Shown here: piece after piece, positions 62,040 through 64,000 of the stretch
How the letters are laid out: each line of letters opens with the position of its first letter
How positions within the stretch are numbered: the first letter of the stretch is position 1
DNA from: an uncultured Actinomycetota bacterium
Lineage (GTDB): Bacteria > Actinomycetota > Acidimicrobiia > Spongiisociales > UBA5794
Length of the DNA stretch: 64,000 nucleotides
Assembly: GCA_963808015.1 (NCBI GenBank)
Contig: CAWEEG010000007.1
Coordinates: forward strand, 71,544 to 135,543
Direction: 5' to 3'
Translations under genes and position numbers: made by a program
Notes under the pieces: model-generated
Database searches by the model: none
What the model was told of the DNA's origin: nothing
What the model saw: the letters and a program-made list of their open reading frames with translations, nothing else

Positions 62040-63195
62040 ATGCTCGTGTCGAGCGATCAGAAGTTCGTCGAGGGCGCCTCGCGCTTCTTGAACGGCCACA
62101 AGGTCTACACGGCCCGCAACGTGACCGACGCTCAGCGACGGATGGTCGAAGACCACGTCGACCTTGCGGTCCTCGATGCATCGTACGCAACCGAGTCGGG
62201 TGTGATCGACGGGGGGCAGCTCCTGCAGGTCGATCCGGACCTTCCGATCGTCCTGGTCGCTTCGACGCTCGATATGTCGGTGTTGCGGGTTGCTCTGAGG
62301 ATTGGGTACAAGGATGTTGTCGATGCTCCCGTCGATCGCCCGAAGATGGAGGCGATGCTTGGTCTCATCGAAGACCAGGCGCAGCGGGAGATCCTCAAGG
62401 AAGCCAAGACGCGGATCGGTCGGATCATCACGGTCATGTCACCGAAGGGTGGCGCAGGCAAGACGATGACCACCGCCAACGTCGCGCTGCAACTCGCAAT
62501 GTGGGGAGAGCCCGAGCCGCGTTGTGGTCGTGGATGCCGATCTGCAGTTCGGTGATGTTTGCATCGCAATGCAGGTCGACCCCGTGCACACGATTGTCGA
62601 AGCGTCACGAGAGCTCGACGAGCTCGACGAAGAGCTGCTCGAGAGCCTTCTCTCGACCCATGCGTCGGGACTGAAGATCCTCGCTGCGCCACTCGAACCG
62701 TCGCTCGCGGACGAGGTCTCAACGCAGGCCGTCGTGCGTGTGCTCGGACTGCTGAAACGCATGTTCGACTACATCATCGTCGACACGGCACCGTTCCTCG
62801 ATGAACCGGTCCTGTCGATTCTGGAGCGGTCGGACGACGTTCTGCTCGTGGTGGATATGGATCTGCCGAGCGTGAAGAATGCGAAACTCGCACTCGACAC
62901 ACTCAAGCTCATCAAGTATCCCTTCGAGCGGATGAAGCTGGTGCTGAACCGTGTGAATTCGAAGGCGCGCCTCGACATCGGCGAGCTCGAGCGATCGCTC
63001 GAACTGGAAGTACAGGCCGCAATCTCCTCAGACAAGCTCGTGCCGAGAGCCGTCAACGAGGGCGAGCCTGCGGTGTCCTTGTATCCGCGCTCACGAGTGG
63101 CGAAAGACCTTCGGGGTGTCGCCATGCTCGTGGTCGATGAAGAAGTGACACCAAACGCCGCGGTATCGGATGGACAGCGCAAATGGTTCAAGTAG
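62040..63195 (+). CDS. cpaE: Tad pilus ATPase-like localisation protein CpaE/TadZ, one frame break near 62500-62525
   Basis: Receiver-like N-domain. MSPKGGAGKTMTTANVA (deviant Walker A). Second fragment VVVDADLQFGDV.., IIVDTAP, LVLNRV. Confidence 0.82.
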
Positions 63196-63237
63196 TCATC
63201 ATGCGCAGTGAGCGGTTGTCGAACTGGGAGGACACCA

Positions 63238-64000
63238 ATGAGTCTCGCTGATCGAGTGAAAGCAGCAAAGGAAGCCGACGCGCAGTCCGACAATCAGCGC
63301 GAAGAGACCCGCAAGGACTTGCGGAGGAAGCTTCACTTCAAGGTCGTTGAGGGGCTCGGACCCACCTTGTACGACCGCCAGATGAGCGATGCCGAACTGA
63401 AGCTCAGGGTCATGGAGATGCTCGAGTGGGCACTCGACCAAGAGCAATCGGTCGCTCTGACGCGGACCGATCGGCTTGGCCTGCTCCAGGAGATCGCCGA
63501 CGACGTTCTCGGCTACGGGCCTATTGATCCGTTCCTCGCAGACCCGGAGGTCACCGAGGTCATGGTCAACGGTCCGCACGCTGTGTGGGTTGAGCGGCAC
63601 GGTCAGCTCACCCGGACCGACACTCGTTTCGTAGATGCAACTCACTTGGAGCGCATCATCGAGAAGATTGTTGGCCAGGTCGGCCGGCGGATCGACGAAT
63701 CGAACCCGATGGTTGATGCCCGTCTTCCCGACGGATCTCGCGTCAACGCGGTGATTCACCCGCTGGCGATCGGCGGCCCCTTCCTCACGATTCGTAAGTT
63801 TGCCGTGGATCCGTTCACGATCGACGACCTGATAGCGAACGACAGCATTAACGAACAGGTGGCAGGACTGTTGCGGCGGTGCGTACGCGGCCGGCTCAAC
63901 GTCATCGTGAGCGGTGCGACCGGCTCCGGTAAGACGACGTTCCTGAACGTGCTCTCGAACTTCATCCCCGACGATGAACGAATCGTCACCGTCGAGGACG
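63238..64000 (+). CDS. cpaF: Tad pilus secretion ATPase CpaF/TadA, N-terminal part (runs off right edge)
   Basis: ATG 63238 after GGGAGGA. LGYGPIDPFLADPEVTEVMVNG, DARLPDGSRVNAVIHPLAIGGPFLTIRKF, Walker A SGATGSGKTT. No stop before 64000, hence absent from the ORF track. Confidence 0.9.
   Translation, partial: MSLADRVKAAKEADAQSDNQREETRKDLRRKLHFKVVEGLGPTLYDRQMSDAELKLRVMEMLEWALDQEQSVALTRTDRLGLLQEIADDVLGYGPIDPFLADPEVTEVMVNGPHAVWVERHGQLTRTDTRFVDATHLERIIEKIVGQVGRRIDESNPMVDARLPDGSRVNAVIHPLAIGGPFLTIRKFAVDPFTIDDLIANDSINEQVAGLLRRCVRGRLNVIVSGATGSGKTTFLNVLSNFIPDDERIVTVED

Overview
This window is a high-G+C, actinobacterial-type chromosomal core segment. That call rests on gene order and protein motifs; finer lineage cannot be read from the sequence alone.

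Gene order, left to right:
- partial moxR (-), three small hypotheticals, a resolvase-domain-only protein, an HNH nuclease and a USP
- a complete dcw cluster (mraZ-rsmH-ftsL-ftsI-murE-murF-mraY-murD-ftsW-murG-murC-murB-ftsQ-ftsZ) with its promoter and MraZ operator, followed by pgeF-yggS-sepF-yggT
- an inverted ileS with a T-box leader, then DUF167, a DksA-like gene, lspA and rluD
- WS/DGAT, two phosphofructokinase paralogs, dnaE, an ArsA-like ATPase pair, a tandem-domain ThyX-like gene, EamA and xpt
- a DUF222-HNH (REP13E12-like) gene bracketed by ~95-nt inverted repeats and heptamer-periodic GAGAC/GTCTC arrays
- a decayed GNAT, nth, MATE, MFS and ccdA
- trpE-(response regulator, histidine kinase, cytochrome c)-trpC-trpF-trpB-trpA, then tRNA-Leu(CAA)
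- decayed TadE-like genes, polA, rpsA, and cpaB-cpaE-cpaF, which runs off the right edge

Main caveat: I count roughly 40 reading-frame breaks inside otherwise well-conserved, mostly essential genes (rsmH, ftsI, murE, murD, ileS, ftsZ, dnaE and others). Many coordinates below are therefore whole-gene spans stitched across ORF-track fragments. The breaks look like assembly indel errors rather than real pseudogenes.

The most unusual unexplained structure is a family of heptamer-periodic imperfect palindromes at about 37.1 kb, 40.7-42.4 kb and 56.4 kb, and its association with the HNH gene.
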